Positions 36,573 through 46,378 of a stretch of DNA of 64,000 bases are shown piece by piece; the first letter of the stretch is position 1; each line of letters begins with the position of its first letter. The stretch is from Dehalococcoidia bacterium (GTDB lineage Bacteria; Chloroflexota; Dehalococcoidia; Bin125), in NCBI GenBank assembly GCA_963663895.2, contig CAXXRD010000005.1:189859-253858 (forward strand), written 5' to 3'. The notes beneath the pieces are model-generated. The model had not been told where the DNA came from. It made no database searches and worked only from the letters and a program-made list of their open reading frames with translations. A program made the translations under genes and the position numbers.

Positions 36573-38540
36573 TCATTCTGCATCCCCGGTGGGCAGCAGG
36601 ACCGCGGTCAGGGGCAAGTGGTCCGACGCCGTGGTCTGAGTCGCTCTGACCTCATTCAGCACGAAGTGGTCGGTCGTCAGGATGTAGTCGATTTGCCGTC
36701 GCGGACGTTCTGCCGGGTAGGTCGGGATGGGGCTGGCGCTTGTCAGCAGACCCGATTGCGTCAGGAGTTGCACTTCCTCGTCGTGCGGCTGCGCGTTTAG
36801 GTCGCCCAGGAGGATGGTGGGATGCGTCCAGTCGATCCCATTGAGCAGGGCGCGCACTTGTGGCAATCGCTGCTGCGGCTCTTGTTGGACGTGGTGCAGA
36901 TGCGTGGCGACGACCTGGATCCGCTCGCCGGAGACGGCGATCGTCACGACCAAATAGGCGCGATCGAAGCGGAGAGTCCCGTTGTTGGGCATCGGCCTGT
37001 TCTCGACCGCGACGATCGGATAGCGGCTGAGAACAGCGTTCCCCCACAGCGGATCGGCGGCCGGTCCCCAGGCGGCCTCCATCCCGAGCCGCTCTGAGAG
37101 CCAGCTCAGGGAGTCGACCGAGCCGTTGACCGCCCAGCCCCGTGGAACCTCTTGCAGCGCGACGATCTGCGGCTGCTCTGTTTCAAGCATGTCGGCGATC
37201 GCGTCGAGGCTGGGCCGGCCAGAGACATCGAAGCCCTGGTGAATGTTGTACGTCGCCACGCGCAATGGAAATACGGCGGCGGGAGGCGCCGGCGGCGAGT
37301 TCCAGGTAACGAGCTGATGCAGGGGCAGCAACAGCAGCAGGAACGCCAGAGTCAGGACGCCGAACTCCCATGTCCGTTCCCGGCTCGGGGGAAGATGCCG
37401 CGAGACGGCTCGCCTCAGGTCGACGCCGTGGACGGAAAGAGACCTGCGCAGACAGGCAGGAACTCCCACGACCGCGGCTGCGACGATTGGAATGACCCAC
37501 TGAGGAATGGGCATGTCGATCTCGTAGTGCGCGTACCAGCCGAACAGGACCACCGGCATGGCGAGCAGTCCCAGCGCCGCAGCAAACCAGCCGCGGCCGC
37601 CGCCGTCGCGAGCCGCCAGTGCAGGCGTCCACAGCAACGCGATCGCGACCGGCCCCACGACCGCGCTGATCGCAGCCAACGTCGGAGCCGGAGTCGGGGC
37701 GGCGCATGCGATGAGGCACGCCGCAGCCGGCAATGACACCCAGCGTGGCGCGACTGAGCCGCGCCGGGACAGTTCGATCGCCACCCAGATCGCGATCAGA
37801 TTCGCGGTCAGAGTCCAAGCGAACACCGCCGGCAGCTCCCAGCCGATCAACGCCGCGTGGCGAGCGAGGTTTTGAAACACCAACACGCTCAGTGCGAAGC
37901 CGGCGCCGACGACGAATGAGGAGAGCGGCGGGGTGTCCCTGGTAGCTGCCCCGGATCGCACACGCGTCAGCCACAGGATGAGCGCGAGCTGGATAGACGT
38001 GAACGTCACGGTCGTGATCTGTGGGGGCAGTCCGGGTGCGGCGCCAAGATCGAGCGTCCCAAACGCGCCCTTGATCGCCGAGTCGATGGTGAGGCCGAGC
38101 AAGAGGGCCATGATTGGTGGAGCACCCGCGCGAGCCTTGGCCGGCGAATGAGCGCCGGCGACCACCAGCGGCACCAGCCACAGCCAGATCACAACACCGG
38201 CGATCTGGATCCCGAGACGTGCGTCGGGCTCCGCCGTGAACTGTTCCGCGACTCGCAACAGGGACAGCACGGCGGCCAAGGCCAGGAACGCACGACGGGT
38301 ATTGAGCAGCCGCCGAATCAGCGGCGCCCCAAATCCCGCGAGAAAGATCGTGAAGATCATGGCGGCGAGAAGCGGTGAATCGATCTCTCGCACCTGCCCG
38401 AGGTAGACGGACAGGCTCGCAAGTGCGCCTCGCAGCAACGGCAAGCCCTCGGCGATGGCGAACGCCGCCGCGAGCAAGGGGATGGCCGGCGCCAATGCGG
38501 TCGTCGTCCTGATCATGAGCGAGTTGAAGGTACCGCCCAT
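36573..38540 (-). CDS. Polytopic membrane protein with C-terminal endonuclease/exonuclease/phosphatase (EEP) domain
   Basis: Many TM helices, then TYNIHQG, VALQEV, GNAVLSRYP, THL, GDLNA, IDYI, SDHLP; start 38540 or 38516. Confidence 0.88.
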   Translation of the reverse strand: MGGTFNSLMIRTTTALAPAIPLLAAAFAIAEGLPLLRGALASLSVYLGQVREIDSPLLAAMIFTIFLAGFGAPLIRRLLNTRRAFLALAAVLSLLRVAEQFTAEPDARLGIQIAGVVIWLWLVPLVVAGAHSPAKARAGAPPIMALLLGLTIDSAIKGAFGTLDLGAAPGLPPQITTVTFTSIQLALILWLTRVRSGAATRDTPPLSSFVVGAGFALSVLVFQNLARHAALIGWELPAVFAWTLTANLIAIWVAIELSRRGSVAPRWVSLPAAACLIACAAPTPAPTLAAISAVVGPVAIALLWTPALAARDGGGRGWFAAALGLLAMPVVLFGWYAHYEIDMPIPQWVIPIVAAAVVGVPACLRRSLSVHGVDLRRAVSRHLPPSRERTWEFGVLTLAFLLLLLPLHQLVTWNSPPAPPAAVFPLRVATYNIHQGFDVSGRPSLDAIADMLETEQPQIVALQEVPRGWAVNGSVDSLSWLSERLGMEAAWGPAADPLWGNAVLSRYPIVAVENRPMPNNGTLRFDRAYLVVTIAVSGERIQVVATHLHHVQQEPQQRLPQVRALLNGIDWTHPTILLGDLNAQPHDEEVQLLTQSGLLTSASPIPTYPAERPRRQIDYILTTDHFVLNEVRATQTTASDHLPLTAVLLPTGDAE

Positions 38541-39176
38541 TTAGGGAGCAGCGCCCATGTTCCTGCCGCGAAACAGTGTCGGCGCCGGCTCGGTTGGGAA
38601 ACCGGGCTCAGTTCCCGCTGGCCGCGTCGGGCTCGTCCGAGATCACTTGCATCCGGGCGCCAGCCAAGACGTCCACGCTCAGAATCGCCGCATTGAGCCC
38701 ATCGCCCGAACTTTCCGGGAACCAGCTCAGCAACCCGGAGGAAAGTCGAGTGAGCGAATCAACCGACCCCTGCCGGTGGGTCCACGCGATTCGAGTAGCG
38801 CGGGCTATCGCTGTCTCCAGGCTCACAAGCGCTCGGACGCGGACTTTCCGCTGGAAAGTTCGCAGTACGGCTTCGGTAGGTCCGCCCAACTGGACAAATG
38901 AAGAGCCTTCTCCAGTGCCTTCGCTTGGGTACGGGAATCAGCTTCTCGCTTGGCGGCGGCGACCGCCGGGACAGCCGTCGGCGATTCCGCTGGTAGTGTA
39001 AGGACTCTCGGGAAGGCTGCTGTTTCGAAAGCAGCGACCCCTTGCCGGATCGACGCGGCGAGCGCTGGCGCTCCCAGACGTGCAGGCCGCAAAGGCGGTG
39101 GCAGACGGGCTCGGAAGTTTCCCGCGGATGCTTCCCGCGGAAAATTGGTTGCCCTGCGGGTCCCCAGGAGGCCGGG

Positions 39177-40022
39177 ATGAAGTGGTTGGAGCGCTTGGAG
39201 TGGCGGGTCATCTTCCGCCCGACGGCGGCCATCCAGTCCACCCCCGCCGCATACGATGTGGACTATGAGAGCGTGTCCTTCCCCACCGACGATGGGGAGA
39301 CCCTGCACGGGTGGTTTCTTCCGGCTCCTACCAGCGAAGCGGACACCCCCGGCGCGACCATCCTCTGGTTTCACGGCAACGGCGGCAACGTCGGAGCCCA
39401 GGCGCGCGACGTGGCGTGGCTGCACCGCCGTCTGCAGGTGAACGTCTTGGTCTTCGATTACCGCGGGTATGGCCGCAGCACGGGGCGGCCCACGGAGCCG
39501 CCCACGGAGCCGGGGGTGTACCGGGACGCCCGGGCGGCCCTGGCCTACCTCTCGTCTCGCAAGGATGTCGCCGCCGACCGGATTGTCTATCTGGGCCGGT
39601 CCCTCGGCGCGGCGATCGCGGTCGAACTGGCCCAGGCGGGGGCCGGCACGCAGTCTCCCGCCGGACTGGTCCTCGATTCGGCCTTCACCAGCACGAAGGA
39701 CATGGCGCGGGCGTTGCACCGGTACAACCCGCTGCGATTCCTGGTCCCCCAGCGGTTCAACAGCCTGGCTCGCATCTCCCAGGTGAATTGCCCCCTGCTG
39801 ACCATCCACGGCGAAAGGGATGAGCTGGTTCCCCTGGAGCAGGCCCGGCGGCTGTTCGATGCCGCCCGCGGTCCCAAGACCTTCCTCCTGCGGCGTGAGG
39901 CCGGCCACAATGCGGACTTCGGGTTGGACCAGGAGGACCTGTGGGCAGCGCTTGGGAGGTTCCTGGCAGCGGTGGTCCGTAACACGGCTAGTCCTGCCGG
40001 AAAGGGTGGATTCCAGCAGTAG
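39177..40022 (+). CDS. Alpha/beta hydrolase (Bem46/ABHD13-like)
   Basis: FHGNGGN, FDYRGYGRS, GRSLG, IHGERDELVP, GHN; AGGAGG SD. Confidence 0.9.
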   Translation: MKWLERLEWRVIFRPTAAIQSTPAAYDVDYESVSFPTDDGETLHGWFLPAPTSEADTPGATILWFHGNGGNVGAQARDVAWLHRRLQVNVLVFDYRGYGRSTGRPTEPPTEPGVYRDARAALAYLSSRKDVAADRIVYLGRSLGAAIAVELAQAGAGTQSPAGLVLDSAFTSTKDMARALHRYNPLRFLVPQRFNSLARISQVNCPLLTIHGERDELVPLEQARRLFDAARGPKTFLLRREAGHNADFGLDQEDLWAALGRFLAAVVRNTASPAGKGGFQQ

Positions 40023-40153
40023 CGGGATGAAGCGGCGGCGCCGAAGTTTGCCGCGTCGCAGAACACTGATGCAAACTAAAGTCGCGACGCCACCGCCTCC
40101 CCCGGAGGGAAAGCGAAGATCACAGGGGTATCGCCGACGGTTACGATGTGGGT

Positions 40154-40567
40154 ATGAGACCACGACTGATCAAAGCCGTGACCCGGATGCAGCAGCCGCT
40201 GTTCACGTTGATGCGCGGGCGGTGGCAGGGGCCGCCGACGCTGCGGCTGTGGACGAAGGGACGGCAGTCGGGCCGCGAGCGGTCGGTGCTGCTGCTGTAT
40301 CTCGACGATGGGCCTCGGGTGGTCGTGGTGGGGTCGTACGGGGGACACGCGGAGCATCCGGAATGGTGGAAGAACCTGTTGGTCGAGCCAACCTGCCGGA
40401 TCTGGTCGGCGAAGCGCCGCGCGGAGGTGATGGCGGCGTCGGAGTTGGAGGGGGAAGAGCGGGAAGCGGTCTGGGAGCGACTGCTTGCGATGTACGCACC
40501 GTATAAGGGTTATCAGCGGAAGACGTCGAGACGGATCCCCGTGGTCGCGTTGTCGCCGGCGGAGTGA
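40154..40567 (+). CDS. F420(deazaflavin)-dependent oxidoreductase, Ddn/nitroreductase family
   Basis: TKGRQSGRER, GSYGG...HPEWWKNL, YQRKTSRRIPVVAL. Confidence 0.9.
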   Translation: MRPRLIKAVTRMQQPLFTLMRGRWQGPPTLRLWTKGRQSGRERSVLLLYLDDGPRVVVVGSYGGHAEHPEWWKNLLVEPTCRIWSAKRRAEVMAASELEGEEREAVWERLLAMYAPYKGYQRKTSRRIPVVALSPAE

Positions 40568-40890
40568 GACGGGCTAGCCCACCGGACATAACTATACTGG
40601 TCCATGTCCACAGCGGGCGCTGGACCCGCGGTTGCACCCAGGAGAGCGTGATCGGCGAGGCCAAACGATGGCCGCAGCGCACCGCCGGATGTGCCGCTGT
40701 ATCTCCGTGTTCGGACCGATCGGGGCGCTGACCCGGCAGCGGCCGAGCGGGGAGGAGTTTGCAGGACAGTCCACTGTGGTAGGTTGACCCGAGGTGCGGC
40801 GCGGGAACGCAGCGGGCCCTCTCGTCGCTCACACGCCGCCTCCGGACCACGCAGGGTGAGCGCGGGCTCCGTACAAAGTCATGCGCGCTG

Positions 40891-43368
40891 ATGGGGTTGC
40901 TTGCGGTGGGCAGACTGCTCGACGCTCTCAGCGGGCTCGTCACGGTTCGACCGCGCGTGACGCTGTGCCTCCTCGCCGTTATCACGATTGTGCTCGGCGC
41001 CGGCGCGACACAGCGCGCCCCGCAAGCGGACACGCAGGTATTCCTTGCCGACGACAGCGCCGTGGCAGTGGCGCTGTCGAAGATTGAGCGGCTGTTTGGG
41101 GATTCCGCGCAGAGCGTAGCGGTCACCCTGGTGTTTCGCGGGCCGATCCTCACGCCCGATGGCTTGGCCCAGATCGATGCCGTGATCGCACGCGCGACGT
41201 CGGATGCGCGGGTCGCCGACTTGCTGGCGGCGGATGCTGGGGTGATCGGACCCACGCACGTCCTGGCATCCGTGCTGGGACACCGCGATTTCGCCGGGAC
41301 AACGCAGGAGGAGCTTGAGGCCGCGCTCGGCCGCGTCCAGCGTGATCCGGAGCTTGTGGACGCGCGCGCGGCGCTCGACGCGCTGACGGGGACCGACGTC
41401 GACGGCACCGCGGTCGGCGTCGCCACGATTCGGCTGCGCGGCCTCGGCGATGCGGAGCGGGTGGTCGAGGCGGAGTTCGCCATTCACGCGATCGCCGAGG
41501 AAAGCGAAGGGCCCCTCGCGGCGCGCAGCCTGTCGTCCGCGACCATCGCTGCGGAGAAGGACGGCGCCACCGGCTCGACGATGACGCGGCTGATGGGGCT
41601 GGCGCTCGTCGTGATCGCGGCGGTGACGTTCCTCTTCACGCGCGCGCTCGCGGACGTGCTGCTAACGGTGGCGAGCCTCCTCATCGCGATCGTGTGGATC
41701 GTGGGGGCGCAGGGCTGGCTGGGGCCTCAGGCCCTGGGGCTGATCGGCCCGCCCAATACCCTCACCAGCATGGTGCCGGTCATGCTCATCGGCCTGGCCG
41801 TGGACTATGCGATTCAAACGGTTGCGCTCTATCGCGAGCAGCGCGGCAGGGGCCAGGCGGCGGCGGTCGCCGTGCGGGCAGGGCTGCGCAGGGTGATCAT
41901 CCCGCTGACGCTCGCAGCCGCCACGACGATCGCCGGCTTCCTCACCAACCTCGTCTCTCCGATTCCGGCCAACGGCGATTTCGGCATCACCGCGGGGTTG
42001 GGGGTGGCGTTCGCCCTGATCGTCATGCTGACGCTGATCCCGTCGGGGCGCGCGCTGATCGACGGGCACCGGGAAGCGCGCGGCCGTCTCCCGCGCGCGC
42101 GGCTCATTGCGAACGCGCTCCCGGGCGTCGGAGGAGCAGCGGCCGCGATTGGGCGCGAGCTGGCGCGCCGACCGGCGCCCTACCTGGCCGTCGTCGTCGT
42201 TGCCACGGTGCTGTTGGGCATCGCGGCCACCCAGATCGAATCGACCTTCGACCGGCGCGATCTGCTTCCCGCCAGCGGTGCTTCGCGGACCGACCTGGCA
42301 ACGCTCGATGCCGCCTTCGGCGGCGCGACGGCGGACGTCAGCGTGCTAATCGAAGCGGAGGTGACGCAGGCCCGCACGGTCCTCAACCTGCTTGACTTCA
42401 CGGACGCATTCCGGGACGACCTGCGCCGGCCGCGAGGGGTCGAAGGCGATATCGAGGCCTCGTTGGGATTGGTCGTGCTGGATTGGACCACCGATAGTGG
42501 CACGCCCGGCGATAAGTACGATCCCGAGCTCGTGGAGCTGTTCGAGCGCGCATCCGTCGGCGTGCGGGTCGATCCCGTGCTCGCGCAGGCGTTTCTCGAC
42601 CGCCTGGCGGCGAACGATCCGGACACGGTCGCCCGCGTGCTGGTCGACAATCCCGACGGCGTCGATGCCCTGCTGCTGCGCTTCCGGGCGCTGGAGGGCG
42701 ACCTGGAGCACACCACCGCCATGCGGGATGACATCAACGGGCTCTGGTTTGGGAAAGACGCGGAGTTCACGGCCACATCGGGCGACATCGTGAGCCTGAC
42801 GATCGCCAACACTATCACCGAGAGTCAGACCCGGTCGATCGTCACGACCATCGCCGTAGCCTTGGCGATTCTGGTTATCTTCTTTTGGATCACGCAAGGG
42901 CAGCCGGCGTTGGGCTTCATCGCGGTGGTGCCGATCGGGCTGGTGTTGATCTGGGTGCTGGGCACCATGGCGCTCCTCAACATCCCCTACAACGTGGTGA
43001 CCGCCTTGATCACGGCGCTCTCGATTGGGATCGGCGTCGACTACACGATCCATGTCATCCACCGCTACAAAGAGGAGTACGCCGCTCTGCGCGACCCGGA
43101 GGCGGCGGCCAGCCGCACGCTCGCGACGACCGGCTCCGCGCTGATCGGGTCGGCGCTGACCACGGCGCTCGGGTTTGGGATGTTGGCCTTCTCGCCGCTG
43201 ACGCCCTTCCAGCAATTCGGCCTGCTCACGGCGATCACGATTGTCTACGCCCTGATCGCGGCCGTGCTGGTCGTTCCTCCGGCGATGATCGTCTGGGGGG
43301 CCTACCAGAATCTGCGGCTGCGCCATGCCGTCGAGCGGGCGCGCACCCAAATCGACGATCAGGCGTAA
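40891..43368 (+). CDS. MMPL/RND family lipid transporter (copy 2)
   Basis: Same architecture as copy 1 with shared blocks (GWLGP.ALGLIGPP, DWT.DSG.PGDKYDPEL, ITALSIGIGVDYTIHVIHRY). Confidence 0.9.
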   Translation: MGLLAVGRLLDALSGLVTVRPRVTLCLLAVITIVLGAGATQRAPQADTQVFLADDSAVAVALSKIERLFGDSAQSVAVTLVFRGPILTPDGLAQIDAVIARATSDARVADLLAADAGVIGPTHVLASVLGHRDFAGTTQEELEAALGRVQRDPELVDARAALDALTGTDVDGTAVGVATIRLRGLGDAERVVEAEFAIHAIAEESEGPLAARSLSSATIAAEKDGATGSTMTRLMGLALVVIAAVTFLFTRALADVLLTVASLLIAIVWIVGAQGWLGPQALGLIGPPNTLTSMVPVMLIGLAVDYAIQTVALYREQRGRGQAAAVAVRAGLRRVIIPLTLAAATTIAGFLTNLVSPIPANGDFGITAGLGVAFALIVMLTLIPSGRALIDGHREARGRLPRARLIANALPGVGGAAAAIGRELARRPAPYLAVVVVATVLLGIAATQIESTFDRRDLLPASGASRTDLATLDAAFGGATADVSVLIEAEVTQARTVLNLLDFTDAFRDDLRRPRGVEGDIEASLGLVVLDWTTDSGTPGDKYDPELVELFERASVGVRVDPVLAQAFLDRLAANDPDTVARVLVDNPDGVDALLLRFRALEGDLEHTTAMRDDINGLWFGKDAEFTATSGDIVSLTIANTITESQTRSIVTTIAVALAILVIFFWITQGQPALGFIAVVPIGLVLIWVLGTMALLNIPYNVVTALITALSIGIGVDYTIHVIHRYKEEYAALRDPEAAASRTLATTGSALIGSALTTALGFGMLAFSPLTPFQQFGLLTAITIVYALIAAVLVVPPAMIVWGAYQNLRLRHAVERARTQIDDQA

Positions 43369-43653
43369 GCGGCTTCTTCGGCGTTTCCGGTTCCGATCAA
43401 AGGAGATTTCAGAGGGAGCGGGTTGTTCTCGCGAGCGAGGACGCGGTCGATGCGTGTCTCGATAGATTCGCGACCACCGCTTCGCGCTATGCGTGACGCC
43501 GTTCGGCGAGGTTGGTCTTGCGCGCCGAGTTCCTCCGTGACCTCGGTGCGCTCTGATCGCATTCCGCTACCACCAACGAGCACCGCAGTCGCGTCCGTGC
43601 GGCCGCACGACGAGTACGCGCCGCTGGTGGCCATCGCCGTGGCAAGGGGGCCT

Positions 43654-43730
43654 TGGTCGGGGTGGGCAGATTTGAACTGCCGGCCTCACGGCCCCAAACC
43701 GCGCGCTCTGCCGGGCTGAGCTACACCCCG
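43654..43730 (-). tRNA. tRNA-Pro(TGG)
   Basis: Reverse complement CGGGGTG-TAGCTCAG...CGCGG-TTTGGGG-CCGTG...GTTCAAATC...CACCCCG-A-CCA. Confidence 0.96.
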
Positions 43731-43818
43731 AATTTGCCCGTCCGCCGGATGTTGCGTGCTCCGTGGACGATCTTCACCGTACGGCGCTGGCCGGGAGGCG
43801 GCAAGGCAGCGGACGGCG

Positions 43819-44754
43819 CTAGGCGCTTGCGCCGGGGTTGGCAGCGCCGATCAGCTCCCCGATCGCTCCTACGCCCTGCTCGCGGCAGTATGTTTCCAGC
43901 TCATTGAGCACGGTCAGGGGCGCGCTGGGGTCGCGGTAGCTGGCCGTGCCGACCTGCACCGCGCTGGCGCCGGCCAGCAGATACTCGACGGCGTCGCGGC
44001 CACTCTCGATGCCGCCGCAGCCGATCACCGGGATGGTGACGGCCGCCGCCGTCTCATAGACCAAGCGGAGAGCCAGCGGCCGGACCGCCGGCCCGGTCAG
44101 GCCGGCGGCAGGCCGGGCCGTGCGAGGCCGGCGGGTCCGTACGTCGATCGCCATTCCGAGGAACGAGTTGGCGACGCAGAGTGCGTGAGCGCCGGCCTCC
44201 TCCGCGGCGCGCGCGATCGGGACGATGTCCGTGACCTGCGGGGTGAGCTTGACGATGACCGGAAGCGTGGTGGAGCGCGCGACCGCTGCGGTGACGTCCG
44301 CCGTGAGCTGTGGGTCTTGGCCAAACTCCATGCCGCCGCTGTCGAGATTGGGGCAGGAGACGTTGAGTTCGAGAGCGGCGACGCCGGGCACTGTGTCTAA
44401 TTCGCTTGCGAGAGTGGCGAACTCGCCGACGGTGTCGCCAAGGATGTTGATGATCACCGGCACATCCCACGTCGCCCAGATGGGACAGATATCGCGGACG
44501 AGGCGCGAGAGCCCCATGTTCTGAAAGCCGATGCTGTTGAGCATTCCGGCGGGGGTCTCGGCGATCCGCGGAGTGGGGTTGCCCTGGCGCGGCTTGAGCG
44601 TGAGGCCTTTCGAGACGATCGCCCCCAATCGCTGAATATCGAAGACTTTGGCCAGTTCGGTGCCGTTGGAGAACGTGCCCGAGGCCGTCATCACGGGATT
44701 GCGCAGATGCAGGCTGCGCTTGCTGTCACGCGCGAGTTCGATCGCCAAGTCCAT
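43819..44754 (-). CDS. pyrD: Dihydroorotate dehydrogenase (family 1B) catalytic subunit
   Basis: NPVMTASGT, GNPTPRIAET, NSIG.QN, ELNVSCPN, VKLTP, IGCGGI. Confidence 0.96.
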   Translation of the reverse strand: MDLAIELARDSKRSLHLRNPVMTASGTFSNGTELAKVFDIQRLGAIVSKGLTLKPRQGNPTPRIAETPAGMLNSIGFQNMGLSRLVRDICPIWATWDVPVIINILGDTVGEFATLASELDTVPGVAALELNVSCPNLDSGGMEFGQDPQLTADVTAAVARSTTLPVIVKLTPQVTDIVPIARAAEEAGAHALCVANSFLGMAIDVRTRRPRTARPAAGLTGPAVRPLALRLVYETAAAVTIPVIGCGGIESGRDAVEYLLAGASAVQVGTASYRDPSAPLTVLNELETYCREQGVGAIGELIGAANPGASA

Positions 44755-44850
44755 AGGCTTTGGTCCTACCGGTGTCTGACGAGCCGATGCGGAAAACGCA
44801 ACAGCGCCGCCCCCGGCGGCGCTGTTCGGCAGACAACTGGATTCATCGGC

Positions 44851-45144
44851 TCACACGCTGACGGCGTTCTCCCCCACGACGGGCTCCTCGGAAGCGGGCC
44901 GCCGGCGACGAGCGATACCCATGTCGTTCCAGCGGGACCGCCCTTCCGCACCGTCCCAGATCGAGTCTTCAGACGAATTCGGGAACCGGCGCTTGAGGCC
45001 GCAGAGCTTGCAGCTTCCTGGGCTCGTGGGACCATTCGGCGGGTCAATGACCCAGTGATGGTTACAGGCACCGTGCGGCACCGTCTGTCGCCGTGCGGCG
45101 CTGCTCCGTCCCCGGCTCGCTCGCTCTTTGTTTTGAGTTCTCAT
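44851..45144 (-). CDS. Small hypothetical protein with CxH...CxxC metal-binding motif
   Basis: CNHHWVIDPPNGPTSPGSCKLCG..F.N; GGAG SD and own promoter. Confidence 0.7.
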   Translation of the reverse strand: MRTQNKERASRGRSSAARRQTVPHGACNHHWVIDPPNGPTSPGSCKLCGLKRRFPNSSEDSIWDGAEGRSRWNDMGIARRRRPASEEPVVGENAVSV

Positions 45145-45218
45145 CGTTTCTCCATTGAAGCGGTCCCGCATCGGCCTCCTCGTCGCAGCGCGCCGCTTCC
45201 TCTTCGCTCCTCGTTTCC

Positions 45219-45311
45219 AACATATGAACCGCCTGATCGGGCGTCAAGAAACGGGCTTTCGTACGATGTGCCTCGTGTAATTCTTGACACCACTTCTGTA
45301 ATAGATACGCT
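45219..45311. promoter_or_regulatory. Back-to-back sigma70-type promoters
   Basis: Minus: TTGACG-17-TATGTT; plus: TTGACA-16-TACGCT; the -35 boxes form GTCAAGAA-N30-TTCTTGAC. Confidence 0.55.
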
Positions 45312-45554
45312 GAATGAGAGATTAGGGATTGATATTCCTCCGGCGATCGCAGAGTCGCGCCCTTGTCGTTACAGCCGCCAATGAGTCCCGTCATCCGGCT
45401 TCGGCGTATAGCTTGACGTCCGGCAGCCCCGATTGGTTCCCCGCTCTGGCTCCCGCCCTCTTTCGCGCCCACGGTTCTCGTTCTCCCGTGCTACCGGTAG
45501 ACGCCGCGGACACTATGCAGTGCGGGTCCCGCCGCGATCACCTGGAGGACGCGA

Positions 45555-46367
45555 GTGCCTGATTCGATGCCGCCGCAGGAAGCAAAGCAAGTGGAGGGGG
45601 TAGGGCATATCATCGCCGTCGCCTCCAACAAAGGCGGCGTCGGCAAGACGACCGTGGCGGTCAATCTCGCCGTATCCCTGGCTCGCCGTGGGGCCAAGGT
45701 CGGCCTGATCGACGCTGATATCACCGGACCCAACGTTCCGACGATGTTTGGACTGAGCGCGGGTTTCCAAGCGGAGAGCGAACAGGGGCTGCATCCCATT
45801 TCGCGCTTCGGCGTGAAGCTCGTTTCGATCGGCTTCATCGTGCCGCGCGCGGCGCCTGTCGTTTGGCGAGGACCCATGATCGGTACGGCGGTACGGCAGT
45901 TGCTTCACGACGTGCCGTGGGGGGAGCTGGACTATCTACTGATCGACCTGCCGCCGGGCACCAGTGACGCGCCGATGTCCATGGCGCAGGAGGCTGCGAT
46001 CGCCGGGGCCATCATCGTCACGACGCCGCAGCTCGTGGCGTTGGAGGATGCGGCCAAAGCCGTAACGATGTTTGAGAAGCTCAACGTGCCGATCTTCGGC
46101 ATCGTCGAGAACATGTCGTATTACATCACGCCGGATACGGGCCAGCGCGTTGAGATCTTCGGCCACGGCGGGGGACGGACCGCCGCCGGGGCGCAGGGGG
46201 TCGACTTTCTCGGTGAGATTCCGCTGTCGCAGGGCGTGCGCGAGGGTGGGGACAGCGGCCAACCGATTGCGGAGAGCCATCCCGATTCGGAGGTGGCGAG
46301 CGCGTTCGGCGAGATCGGCGACAAGATCGCCGCCAAGCTCAGCGCGTTGGACCTGTTGCGGATCTGA
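45555..46367 (+). CDS. mrp: Mrp/ApbC/NBP35 Fe-S carrier ATPase
   Basis: KGGVGKTT, DADITGP, WRGPM, DLPPGTSD, VENMS, IFGHGG. Confidence 0.94.
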   Translation: MPDSMPPQEAKQVEGVGHIIAVASNKGGVGKTTVAVNLAVSLARRGAKVGLIDADITGPNVPTMFGLSAGFQAESEQGLHPISRFGVKLVSIGFIVPRAAPVVWRGPMIGTAVRQLLHDVPWGELDYLLIDLPPGTSDAPMSMAQEAAIAGAIIVTTPQLVALEDAAKAVTMFEKLNVPIFGIVENMSYYITPDTGQRVEIFGHGGGRTAAGAQGVDFLGEIPLSQGVREGGDSGQPIAESHPDSEVASAFGEIGDKIAAKLSALDLLRI

Positions 46368-46378
46368 GGAGAGCAAGC

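Noticed and set aside
38557-39170. Short ORFs and a TTCCCGCGG tandem between the EEP gene and the hydrolase
   Set aside because: No recognisable motifs or consistent coding signal
38823-40163. 446-aa minus-strand ORF
   Set aside because: Antisense shadow of the alpha/beta hydrolase
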